Made by a program: the position numbers and the translations under genes. 64,000 bases of DNA, taken from positions 54,374,001 through 54,438,000 of the forward strand of contig JAGIQG010000011.1 of NCBI GenBank assembly GCA_024679065.1. Direction: 5' to 3'. Below are positions 39,461 through 51,814 of this stretch, one piece after another. The notes beneath the pieces are model-generated. The model searched no databases. It saw only the letters and a list, made by a program, of their open reading frames with translations, and was not told where the DNA came from. The DNA comes from Sphyrna mokarran (Eukaryota). Every line of letters starts with the position of its first letter. Position 1 is the first letter of the stretch.

Positions 39461-40031
39461 GAAATATGTTGTGTCATTATTCATTCTAACTAAAATCAAT
39501 TTGAAGCAAATAGTCCAATCAGTCATTTGTGTGACATGGGATTGAAATATTCTAGTTGCAGGCCATCCAAATCAATATTAAAAAATGAGCAGATCATTGA
39601 GTGGTGTTCTAGTATCGAAAAGTTGACAGATTAAAAACAATAATTATTATTATCCTTTAATCCTTTTACAGTTTTTTTTCCAAAATATTATAAGGTTGCT
39701 TCTTTCTTTGTTTTTATTTTTGTTGAAGTTTCCAGTTATTTTGCACATTTTACACCTAGTGTCAGCACCAAAAATTTCACTGTCTTCCACAGCATGCCTT
39801 AACTCAAATGTCCCAACTGGAATTATTACTCTGTCACATTTTCATTTAGTTTGAATTTGTTGATGGGTTAGTGGAGCATTATGAAGAGTTTTGTCTTCTT
39901 ATGAACTTGCTTCATATTTTAAATTATTGAGGCTTTCAAAGCAATTCTTTAAAGCCATCAGATAAATGTTTGCCACATCATTTTACGCTGCTGGATAGAT
40001 GAGTGCTAAATCGTACACAATCAGAAATATT

Positions 40032-40712
40032 GGCCAGGACTTTTCCCACTGGTATTGAGATTCTGACGCAGGACTAAATGAATGTTCTGACCACACAGTT
40101 GGTATGCACCTGACTTGTGGAACTATTTTCCTGGAGGCAGTCTGGTAATTAACCACCTCCACACCTGCATGGGCAAGGTTCTGATGCTGTCAATCCAATC
40201 AGAGGGCTTGCAACTTCAGAGTGTTGACAGCCTGACTGGGAGATGTAGGCCTTGCTGAAGCTGGTGTGCAACTGGGAGGGCATTCTCAAAATAAAGATGC
40301 CCTGCGAGGTATAAAAATAATGAAATAGTTATGGTGGCAAACCCTTTGAACCAGACTTGTGGAGGCCAGGTAGGGTGCTTTCTTGTACATGACCCCCAAT
40401 TTGAGTGATTGAACTTCTGGTTTTTAATTCCAGCCCCCCAGATTGCCACCTGGAGGCCAGCTCCATAGGCTTGTCACCTCCTTGTTGCGCAAAGGGGCAA
40501 TATTCTGGTAGTGTTATAAAATTGCCCATATTTGGAGCTTTTACTAAAATTGTCTGTCATCTCTGTGCGGTTAACAGGCAATCTGCTTCTTGGGTCACCC
40601 CTGAGAAAATTTTCCTCTGTTAGGATCGCACAGGGAACCATCCCGGAATAGCTGACACTTATTTTGCTGGTTCCCCATCTTCATTCCTGATATCACTGGG
40701 CTGGGAAAATCC
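40032..40712. mobile_element. Putative MITE
   Basis: Left ggacttttccca and right tgggaaaatcc inverted ends around a GC-richer interior. Confidence 0.4.
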
Positions 40713-43224
40713 AAAATGTAATCTTAATTTTAAACTGTATTTGAATATGCTATCCATTTCAAACATCTTATACATTGGAAAATGGGATTGGAATTGAGCT
40801 TTCATATTTAAGGTTTGTAAGCTGCCAAAATAAGCTTACCTTGGACTGTCCCACAAAACAGAATATCAGGTTTATCAATAGTTACCCAAGCCGATTAAAT
40901 AGCCACAGGCCCGCTGGAGAAAGCTGAGCAGAATATATGTAATTCCCACTTGCCTATGTCATCAAAGGTAAAGTTAAATATAGAGGTGCATTAACTGAAT
41001 TTCTACTGTAAAGTGAATCTTTGAGGACAGATTCCTTAGACTTGATCGTTCTATAACAAACAGGCTCTTTAAAGTCTTTCCCTTTCCTTTACTCTTATGT
41101 ACTAAGTGTGTGTGGACAAAGGATGATCTCACATGTTTTAGTTTATCACTAAGGAAATCCATTTAGTTGACAGATCTATTAATATCAAACTAAGTCATCA
41201 ATTCAGTTCACATGAATTCTGTTTCAAGATGTCATTCTACTAAGAGACAAGTGTTTAAAAGTTTAATCTCAAATTTTAATTTATTTTCTTGAAGAATAGG
41301 ACTCCAATTAGGTGTCACATCTCTCCTATTTCTCATTGTTAATAATGGTGATTGCCACTCTTTTGAAGAGTGGCAATCACCATCAGATTGCCATTCCATT
41401 CTTCCAGAGCTCAATATTTCTGGCCCAGAATTCTGAACCAGGCCTCTTGAGAAATGCAGAGCTTTCCTGCTCTTAGAATCCTTCCTCAAAGTGCAGGATT
41501 GTCAGAGTAAGCTAGGGCTTTAGCCCCTTTTTTTTACAGCACTAGCTGCTTTGTTCTGGTAAGTTTTCATTTGCTAACACACTGAAAGGTTTTAAGACAT
41601 TTAAATGGCATTTCAGTGTGTTAATAAATGGATGTATGTGAATGACATTAATGGGTAAGATTGTGAGGCCGGCTCAAGTTGGATCAGGGAAACTCGGAGG
41701 GTCGGGATGGGCGTCAGGACTCAGAGGGCCAGGATTCAAGTGTTGGAAGAGAATTGAGGGGTAAGTATCCAGTCTGGGTGGGGGTCACTAATGAGTAGTC
41801 AAGAGTTAGATTTTTTTTTAAGTTTAGGATTTCCTGGAAACTATCCAAGTAAGTAACCCTCAGAAGTTTCCGACTGTTAACTCAGGGCTGGCGACTTTTT
41901 TGGAGGGTCTTGGAGAGCTAAGGATTTGCCCATCAGAAGGTTTAACTTCCTGGACAATTCTTGTGGAGTCTTTGTGTTGGGACCATAAAGGGATACCATA
42001 GAGCATCTTTTCGGTGCATCCAATCCCCAACCGTCCAGAGACTGGAACATCTGGGCCAATATCTTTTCAAATATCTAGATTTTGAAGTTCCTGATTTGCT
42101 CCTTTGATTTATCAATTCAACTCGAATTGAAGAAGACACCCTAATTGGGAGCACCAGGGATGTTACTGTACATTTTTTTGTTTTTGCCTCAGATTTCCAA
42201 GCGCTTAAGGATTAATCTTTTTCAGTTTCCCAGATGCCTGTAATATTTCCAGAACAATCATATGATTTGTCCAGAATGGCACTAATTTTCTGGCAAGCTG
42301 CATTGAATACCTTGTCTGAGATGTGAAAATGTGATCTAATTGACATGTGCCACATATCTGTTATTTTACACAGCGCTTATTTTTAATTTCTTGTTGATAT
42401 TGTTGCATTATTTAAATGAAATATACAAATGTTGGAGTTAACTTGATACAATACTGAGAATCATGTAAAGATTTTCACCTAAAGTTGAATTTGAAGAAGT
42501 TTTAATTCATTGACTACTATGAAACTGTCCATATCCATTGGATATTATATATGCTTTCTCAGCTATAAATCAGGTTACAGACAGACATTTGTAAGCCTTA
42601 ATATGTGGAATTCTTTTTACGTGTGCAAAACAACATTGTGTTTTAGCAATAATAGTTTAGTCAGAAAAGCCTATAGATAAGATATTTTAACCATTATAGT
42701 ATGTAAAGTTAAGAATTTTACCAGCTTTTTAAGCACAAATCTTACAGTAAAAATAATAGTTTAAATAAATGCCTTGTTTACATAGGTTTCTGCTTAATAA
42801 AGTGATGTCCAGGATGACTGTGTTGGATGTTTAAATTGCACATAATGTAATTGATGCTTCAGCTTTTCTCTATTCCATAACTGTTTTGAAAATGTTTTCC
42901 AAACTTGGAGTGGCATGAGAAATGAGAGAATTTTGTATAAAATACTTGAATCATTGATGACTATCTTGTTTAAAAAAAATACATAAATGGAAAGGAAGAA
43001 TTACAAATTATATTTCTTCCAGATTTGTCCATTCAGAGTTGGCGTACAAATAACTGGAATTTTTATGATAGCATATTTCAAATACAATTATGCACCTCAA
43101 AACTAAGTTGCTATTTAGTAAAAGGGTATGGTACAATGGTAAATGCACAGGGTTATGGGGATAGGGCACAAGGGAGGACCTGGCTGGGATGCTCTTTTGA
43201 AGAGTTGGTGCAGACTTATAGAAT

Positions 43225-43470
43225 CCCTATAGTACAGGAGGCGGCTGTGTCATTTATCGAGTCTGTACCAACTCTTTGATAGAGTGTCTTAAATGGACCC
43301 TTTCCCCTGCCCTATTCCCATGAGCACATATATTTACCACAGCCAATCTATCTAACCTATACATCTGTGAAAGGAAACAGGAGCACCCGAAGGAAGCCCA
43401 CGCAGACACAGAGTAGTCACCCAAGGTTGGAATTGAAGGCAAGTCCCTGGCACTGTGAGGCAACAGTGTT
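43225..43470 (-). mobile_element. HE1-like SINE (type A tail) nested in the tail of a + strand CR1-tailed repeat (about 43120-43525)
   Basis: The host ...gagttggtgcagactt | aatgggccagtggcatctttctgcgctgtagggattctat is split by the reversed SINE (ccctggcactgtgaggcaacagtgttag). Confidence 0.75.
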
Positions 43471-44639
43471 AGCATGCCATCCAATGGGCCAGTGGCATCT
43501 TTCTGCGCTGTAGGGATTCTATTGGATGGGCAATAAAACGCTGACCCCAGCTAGTGACATCCGCATCCTGTGAATGAATTTAAAAAGTCCTCTTTTTGAA
43601 TTTATAATTTTCATCCAACATTTCTCAAAAAAATCAACTTAAGTAAATTATGTTTAATCTGTTACAATGCTTTCAAGGGACTATACAGTTTATCTAATTG
43701 AATAACAGTTATCTTGGTTATCTTGACCAAAAAGGTTGCATGTTCAATCAGTGCTCTGTTAAATTAGATAATGTCATTTGGTGGCTACATTTGGTTTTGA
43801 TGCACTAAAGCCAAGGAGAGAAATTATCAAATTTCTGCCATAGAATAGTCCTTTAACTTTCCTTGAAAGTGAGCATAGACTTTCACTATAGGATATTTTT
43901 GGCTAAGTATCTTGCTAATATGCTCTTTTGAGCTTCACACGTGAACAGTAGCCATTTAGTGAGATCTGGAGAGTAATAAGTGCCCATGGATCCATAACCT
44001 TAATGAGTTCATGTCTGTTGCAGACAAGGATCAGAAATGGTGAGGGGAAAAAAGAACTTCCTTGTATAAAATCCTATTAGCAATATTGTCTTGAACGTGT
44101 ATTTAATGTATCACCCATCATTCAACATCACAAGTATAGTTGGAAGTGCTTTGCAATTGATTAGTTTTATTCAATAATAAACAATGACTGATGTATAAAA
44201 CATAAGGAGGGGGTAGATAAAATAATGTGCATCTACCAAGAACGTATGAAAGGAATGAATCAAACATGAACAGTCAACAAAACCAACCAAATCATGCTAA
44301 ATATGGTTTAAAAATGACAAAAGTGTAGTTTAAAATCAAGATGTGCATTCTTACCTTACTTCTATATCGCAAAATGCTTCCATGTAGTAGTATATTCTCT
44401 ATTTCACTGTGGTCAATGTAAAGTAGTCTTTACCGTATTTAAGGGGATAAAAAAGAGGAAATTACAAATGCAGTAATTATCATAATACAACTATCCCAAT
44501 TCAAGATTGTAACTTTTAGACTGGAAAGAGCACTGTCGATATTGTCTATGCTGATGCATCAACCTTGTAAGCCAATGACCATTGACGAAATTATGACACA
44601 ATACAATGCTCCGAGGCACATAGCAAATAGCAAGAAGTT

Positions 44640-45460
44640 ATTCATTATAGGAAAATTGCCATTGCATTCCATTATTTAAGAAAGGAGTCTGCAAGATACC
44701 AGCTAATCACAGATGTCAGTTTGGCATCAATTGTTGGAAAGTTAAAAGAAAGAAGTCAATATAAATTTTTGAATTGGAGGACGTGTCTGATTAATCTGGT
44801 TAAGTTTTCTTAGGAGGACACTAGCTTGGATGAGAATTTATGAATAGTGCCTATATGTGTTTTCAGTAAGCATTTAATAAAGTTATACACAAAAAGATTA
44901 CCAAAATCTAATTGCACAGAAGTGGAGGTAACCTTGGATTAGTAATTGAGATGTTGGTATGAGAGTAGGAAAAAGGGATTACTTTGATTAGCCTTGATCA
45001 GATCTTGAATGTGAGTTCAATTTTGAGCATAGAACCATCTCATGATACTGGAAGGGATTCGCCTTAATGATAACAAGGTTTAAGAGGCCAAAGAACAAGT
45101 TTCATAAAATTGGTCAGTATACCTTCAAGCTTAGAATGTTGAAGGGGTGTTCTATTCATGGTGTCTAAATGGTGAAGGGATTTGATAGGATAGATACATC
45201 AAAACTATTTGCTCTAGTGGGGGAAATCCAGAACAGGAAGGCATAATTTTGAAATTAGAGGGGGGTCATTTGTGAATTTAAGAAGCATTTTTTTCACAGA
45301 AGGTAGTGGAAACCAGGAACTCTCTCCCACAAAATATTGATTCTAAACCAATTGATATTTTTAAGACAAATCAATTGATTATTATTACACAAGGCTATTA
45401 CACAGAGGGATTGGGAATAATATGAGTAAATAGAGTCAATATATAAACTAACTATGATCC
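44640..45460 (+). mobile_element. Highly decayed CR1 LINE fragment
   Basis: ccattatttaagaaagg, gtcagtttggcatcaattgttggaaag, aagcattttttcacagaaggtagtggaa motifs. Confidence 0.6.
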
Positions 45461-46644
45461 TTCAATATATTTGCACAGTTATGAAAGTGAAACTGGTTTT
45501 CCTTTCTTGAAGTTGGCTGCTGTATCCCGGAATTAATTGCATTAGCAGACAACTTGATGTTTCAAAATGAGAGTTTGTAAACTAATAGAAATAATTCATT
45601 GTTGCTATTTTATCTCTTCAGGAAGTATTTTACCAGAGAAACAATTACATGTCTTAAATTTATCACTTAGAAAACTGGGAAGAATTTGTTCTATGTTTTC
45701 AGTGTACCTGCCTAGATTTTCAACAAAAAGGCAGGTTTATAAACTGGTTTGTTTCCCTCTGCACTGCCTAGTCCATGTATGACATTCGGATAGCATCCAT
45801 GGTTTCATAACAATATGTAAAGTTTCATTGGAGACTAGGTTAAAACATACTGAAAGAATGAAGTTTCTGGATGTTTTCTTGCTTTGAAACAAATTGCATA
45901 TCAATCTATTCTTGTGTTTGTATATTTATCTTAATTGTAAATAAAGAATGGTTTTTGTTTTAACCAGAATATATTAGCGAAATTCCAATTCTCTTTCCAA
46001 TACATTATGGTAGACTTTTATTTATTTCCACAGCTCATAATTCCAGACCAGGATGCTGATCTATCGCCAGAAGCTTACAGCTTAAGACATGCTACTCTTT
46101 ATCAGGCATAGCCGATTTGAAGTCTCTTACTTTTACCACCAACCATTGGTGTGTTGGAAGGATTTACGGGTTGACACACTCAACCTGTTTGATCATATTA
46201 TGAATGCATCTTCCTTAGCTATCAAATCTTGGAGTAGGATTCAAACCCAGAGCGTTGGCTCAGAGATAGGACATACTGCTGCGCCACTGGACCTCCAATA
46301 TGAACCCAATGCTGTTCTTTGAAGTGCAGATCAGATCATCTTGAACAGCCAACATCATTTCTAATGCGAAATCTTGTGGCAAAAATGCTCACTCATCCTA
46401 TGGTATACTGTGACATACATGTTTTATATAAAGATTTTAGTTCATCAGAGGTGTGGGCCTGCTGACGAAAACTCCTGGTTTCTTATTAAGCAAGTTTTAG
46501 AAATGTGTGATTCAAATTATATCAGCATAACATTTTTGATGAAGCATTAATCTGAAGCCTCAACTATTAGTTCAATAGTTCCAGTGGATATTGAACATCC
46601 TTTGGCATCATAAGAAGAGCAAAATGTTTTCCTGGTATCTTATT

Positions 46645-47157
46645 TTCAGTCTTAGTTTACTTAATAGTGTCACAAGTAGGCTTCAGTCAACAGTTGTCAC
46701 ACTCCAGTGCCTATCTGGATACCCTCTGAGACAATTTTGCTTGACCATTGCACCTAACCCGTATGTCTTCAGTCTGTGGGAGGAAACAGGATCACCCTGA
46801 GGAAATCTATGCAGACACTGAGAGAACATGCAGACGTTAGGAGAACATGTAGCCTTCACACTGACAGTGACCCAAGTCAGGAATTGAACTTGAGTCCCTG
46901 GCGCTATTAGGCAGCAGAACTAATCCTAGTGCCACTATGCCACCCATAATATACTATATTTCTCACTCAACATGCAAAAATATAGATTATAGATCATAGA
47001 ATCTATGGTGCAGAAGGAGACCATTTGGCCCAACAAGCCTGTACTAACAACAATCTCACCCCGGTCCTATCCTTTTAACGCTACGTTTACCCTCCTAAGT
47101 GCCCTAACACTAAGGGGCAATTTATCCTGACCAATCAACCTAACCCATACATCTTTG
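46645..47157 (-). mobile_element. Two adjacent HE1-like SINEs (type B about 46645-46945; type A 3' part about 46995-47157)
   Basis: tagtgtcacaagtaggctt...gtccctggcgct.ttaggcagcag, then atcatagaatctatggtgcagaaggagaccatttggccc. Confidence 0.75.
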
Positions 47158-47782
47158 GGCTTAGTTGACCTTCTCATTTAAAATCTTGTTACATGTGTAT
47201 GGGAGAGCTTGTGAGATGGTATTTGGAATAGGCATAGTAATCTACACCCTGGAGGTGCCTGCCATTTTCTTCTACCACACCATTGAGACTGGGCTCTTCT
47301 CTGCTCTGTCACATTTTCCATGCTTTTCCCTTAACTATTCAATGATATTGCATATGTTTTGAGCTTCAAAAACAACTCTTTTGTCTATTTATCCGGTGAT
47401 TCTTTCCTTTTGTCTTGCACTATTATCATTTCCGTCATTTAAACATCCTCCTTCAGCTTTATCATAAGCTGTTTTTTTTTATCTCTGCACCTTTCTTTTC
47501 CTAGCTGTGTTTTTCCTTATAAGATATTTTGTCAGAACTGGAGGTTTCAAAAAAGGTAATTGATATGTACTTTCCTCTCCCCCATTAGTGCCTAACTAAC
47601 CTGCTTACCATTCCCAGAATTTCCATTTTAATTTCAGGATTTCAGCATATGCTGTTGATTTTTATAATCTTTCTACTTCTTGCTGCTTGAGATTATCTGA
47701 CGCAGTATAGAAATAATTGAAATTGAGATAGTTTGGTCTAGATAACCAAACTGCAGTCCTTTTTTTAGCCTTACCAATACCT

Positions 47783-48935
47783 CAAAAGGAAACTTCAAAT
47801 GCATATTTCTTAATCACAGCAACTCAATCCTGAATTCACCATATTCCATTTAATATCTTGAGTGCTTTGGTTAGTGCTTCATAAACAGGTGGACTAAATC
47901 CATGTGTTTATAGATTTGTGAAGTCTTCAACTAATAAAAGCAGAAAATGCTAGAAATACTTAATGGATGGAACTTTCTGGCTGCTTGCTCCAAAATGGGA
48001 AAATTCTGCATGAGGTCAACTGACCCTTCCATGGTCTGTCCCTCACCTGCTCTGATTTCCACTGTGGGTGGAATGGGAAAATTTGCCTAAATAGGTCTGA
48101 TAGCATTTGTGGACAGTTAACATTTTAGGTTGATGACCCTTTTGCCAGATCAATTCTGATGAAAGATCATCAATCTAAAAAATTTTTTTCTTCACAGAAG
48201 CTGTCAGGCCTGTTGAGTATCCCCAATGTGTTCACATTTTATTTCCAGTATCCCACAGTATTTTTACAGAATTACAAAAGTGAGCCAAAGTAGTAAAAAC
48301 CCACCCGAGGTCAATGGACCTTCCCATTGTCTGCTCCTTGCTTGGTCTAATTCCCAGGGCAGTAAAATTATGGCATTTCATTAGTTTTAAAGTGACTTGA
48401 GACATCTAGTCATTGCGAAATACATATTAATGATTTGGATGGCAGAAATGAAATGTAGTATCTCAAATTTAAAGTTTATTTATTAGTCACAAGTAGGTTT
48501 ACATTAACACTGCAATGAAGTTACTGTGAAATTGCCCTGGTTACCACATTTGGTGCCTGTTCATGTCAATGCATCTGACCAGAACATGTTTCAGACTGTG
48601 GAAAGAAATAGAGCACCCAGAGGAAATCCACACAGACACGGAGAATGTGCAAACTCCACACAGACAGTGACCCAAGCCAGAAATCGAACCTAGGTCCCTG
48701 GCGCTGTGAGGCAGCAGTGCTAACCACTGTGTCCGCAGATTTGCAGATGACACAAAGTCCAAAAGGAAATTTCAAGTGCGTATTTCTTAATTACAGCAAG
48801 TCAGTCCCGAATTTACCATCTTCTATCTAATACCTTGAATGCTTTGTTTGGTGTTTCGTAAATAAGTGGACTAAACCCATGTATTTATAGATTTGTGAAA
48901 TCTTTAACTAATAAAAGCAGAAAATGCTGGAAATA
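47783..48935. repeat. Diverged direct duplication of about 176 bp (47783-47958 vs 48760-48935)
   Basis: caaaaggaaa.ttcaa.tgc.tatttcttaat...gtggactaaa.ccatgt.tttatagatttgtgaa...ctaataaaagcagaaaatgct.gaaata occurs twice. Confidence 0.9.
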
Positions 48936-49745
48936 GAGTAAGCTGTGAGAAGAATATAAAGATGGTTCAATGCGATTTGGACAAGCTGTGTGAGCAGGCA
49001 AAAGCATAGCAGATGCAGTATGATGTGGATAAATGTGAAGTTATCCACTTTCATAGCAAAAAGGCAGATTATTGTCTGACCAACTATGAGTTAAGACAGA
49101 GGAGTATGTAATAAGGCTTGGTTGCTGAAGGTAAGCATGTAGGTGCAGCAGGCATGAAAAAAGATAAATGGTATGTTGGTCTTCACAGTGAAAGGATTCG
49201 AGTATAGGAGAAAGCAGTGCCTTGGTGAGGCCACACTTGGAACATTGAATGCGGTTTTGGTCTCTTTTTCGGAAGAAAGATGATATTGCTATAGACGGAC
49301 AGCAATGAAGGTTTATCAGATTGATTCCTGGGATGGCGGGACTGACGTATGAGGAGAGATTGAGTTGATTTAGATTATATTCACTAAATTTCAGAAAAAT
49401 GAGGGGGCATCTCATAGAAAACTTTAAAATTCTAACAGGACTAGACAGGGTAAATGCAGGAGGGATGTTCCTGACAGTGGGGATGTCCAAAACCAGGGGG
49501 TCACAGTAAACCTTGTATCCTCAGACTGAGGAAAAATTTCTTCATCTGAAGAGCGGAATTTGTTACCACAGAAGGTTGTTGAGATTAAAACATTCTATGT
49601 TTTCAAGAGCGAGTTTTGATATGACTTTTGGGGTAAAGGGGATCAAACAACATAGGGTGAAAGTGGGGATTAGGTTGTTGAGTTGGATGATTAGCCATCA
49701 TGATGGAATGGGCTCAAAACACTGAATGCTTCTTGCTTCTATTTT
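48420..49745 (+). mobile_element. CR1 LINE RT/3' fragment interrupted by a SINE and by the 176-bp duplicate
   Basis: YINDLDG..SKF | FADDTK | RVSCEKNIKMVQCDLDKLCE..MQYDVDKCEVIHF, RLIPGMAGLTYEERL, RGHLIENFKIL. Confidence 0.85.
48468..48735 (-). mobile_element. HE1-like SINE (tail type B)
   Basis: aaagtttatttattagtcacaagtagg...aaactccacacagacagtgaccc...ccctggcgctgtgaggcagcagtgctaaccactgtg. Confidence 0.9.
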
Positions 49746-50446
49746 CAAAAAAAAAGCTCTTGTATAAATACAAATCTTACCTTTATTTTCTATTATTTAT
49801 TATTTTCACCAGAACTGTTTGCCTGACTGAAGAAATATCTAAAGGTAATTGATGAAAAAAGCACTTATGCTTGTGTAAGCATCATTCATGTGATAATTAT
49901 TCAGCCATTTTGCCAGGGGCTAAAGAAAATAGTGAACAGTGTGACATTAAAAGCAGTTAGGAAAAAGGATTAAAATAAAAGCAAAATACTCCGAATGCTG
50001 GAATCCCAAATAAAAACATAAAATGCTGGAAAAGCAGGTCTGGTGGCATCTGTGCAGAGAGAAAATAGAGTTTACTTTTCAAATCCATATGACTTCTTGA
50101 GAGGAAGAGTCACAAATACTCAAAATGTTAACTCTATTTTCACCCTCCCCAGATGCTGCCAGACCTGTTGAGTCTATCTGTTTTAGTAGTAAAAAAGATA
50201 GTTCTTTTCCCCAAGGTCCTATGAACACATTCTTATTTCCCTCATCATTTAGAACTGGTTTGACATTTGACACTGAATTTTCCCATCCCATCCACCATGG
50301 GAATTACAGCAGGTGGGACATGGACCATGCAAAGGTCTGTTGATATCAGGTCGGATTTTCCAGCTTTGGGATGAGCGCAGCTGGAAAATCCTACCCTGAG
50401 ACTCTGAGTCAATTTGGAAAATTCCATAGTTTTGTTTACAAAATTA

Positions 50447-50766
50447 ATAGAATCATAGAATCTGTACAGTGCAGAAGAGGCCATTTGGCCCACTGAGTCT
50501 GCATCAACTCTCTGACACAGCATGTTACTCCTCCACTACACCATCCCCTTAACCTCACAGACTTCCCACAGTTAATTCATCTTTGGACACCAAAGAGCAA
50601 TTTAACATATCCAATCCACCTAAAGTGCACATCTTTAGACTGTGGGAGGAAACTGGGGCATCCAAAAGTAACCCATAAAGGCTCAAGGAGAACATACAAA
50701 TCTTACACAGTCATCCAAGGCCAGAATTGAAGCAGGGTCCCTGGTGTTAACAACTGTGCCACCACA
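50447..50766 (-). mobile_element. HE1-like SINE (type A tail)
   Basis: atagaatcatagaatctgtacagtgcagaagaggccatttggccc...cacatctttagactgtgggaggaaac. Confidence 0.8.
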
Positions 50767-51510
50767 CTACTGCTAAATTCTGTATACAATTAATAGATAT
50801 AATAACTCATTGGCCTCTTTCTAGTCAAATTTAGCAGGCTAAAAGAAAATCTATGTCTCCTACTGTGCACTGCAATGGGCAATATGTTGATTAATGGCCC
50901 GACTTAAGTTCTTTTATTTCTCAGGGTGTACGGGCAATATTTAAATGGCACATTTATTGTACATCCTGGTTACCTAAGGTGTTAGGTCACTCCAGCAGGC
51001 ATCTATTGTCAATTGTGAGACATAATAATTACTGAGGAATCCACCTAACATGTTTTTGCTTGCAATTTTTTTTAAATTGCTGTACCTATACCCAACATAA
51101 TTATCTCACACTGGTAGAGAAATTATGTCCTCCTGGAGCTACATGTTGACCAAGTTGATAGTGGTAATAGGCTTCCTTCCCTGGAGAATATTAGTGAGCC
51201 AGTTGGTTTTCTTCAACAGATAGCAGTTTTACATGGTTATTCTTCTAGAACTGGTCCACAAATGATCAGATTTATTTAATTAATTTTCACGATTTGCCAT
51301 GTTGAGATTATGAACTGACAGTCTCTAGATTAGCAAGAGATCTTAGTCCATAGTGGGTCACATCCTACTTCTGTGCCAAAAGCTCCAAGTTTGAGTTCCA
51401 TCCCACAACTTGATGGCCACAGAAGGTATGTTTACGTTGTGCCAAACAGGTTGACTGTCAACTTGCCAATATTTTAGCTATGTTTACAGCAGGTAGTAAG
51501 GGTAGCAGAG

Positions 51511-51814
51511 TTTTTTTTTATTCTTTATTCCAATTCAATCCAATCCAATCAAATCCAATTCAGAGTCCTAACAAGTTGAGACATTCCGGATCCAAGCTGA
51601 CAAGACAGGGCTCTCACCTCCTGTCTTGGGCTTGATCTACATGATACAAGCTGATTGCAATAGGTATAGTTCCTCCTCCAAGGCTTGATCTTGTTTGCAT
51701 CTTAGCCAAAAGGCCGAGATGCTTGAAATGAAGTGAAAATGTAACCTAATGACCTCAACCAAGCACAATATGTCAACACTACACTTGATCTTAGCCAAAA
51801 GGCTGAGAAGCGAT
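51511..51814 (-). mobile_element. U2 snRNA-headed polyadenylated retroposon (SINEU-like or U2-Keno chimera)
   Basis: The minus strand starts atcgcttctcagccttttggctaagatcaagtgtagt, which is U2 nt 1-37 with one mismatch (51814-51778). An internal U2 nt 4-27 copy lies at 51722-51699. It ends aataaagaataaaaaaaaa, with a cagag / agagtttt flanking duplication. Confidence 0.85.

Noticed and set aside
51778-51814. Functional U2 snRNA gene
   Set aside because: Only nt 1-37 are present. There is no Sm site or 3' stem-loops, and it is embedded in a polyadenylated insertion inside another repeat.
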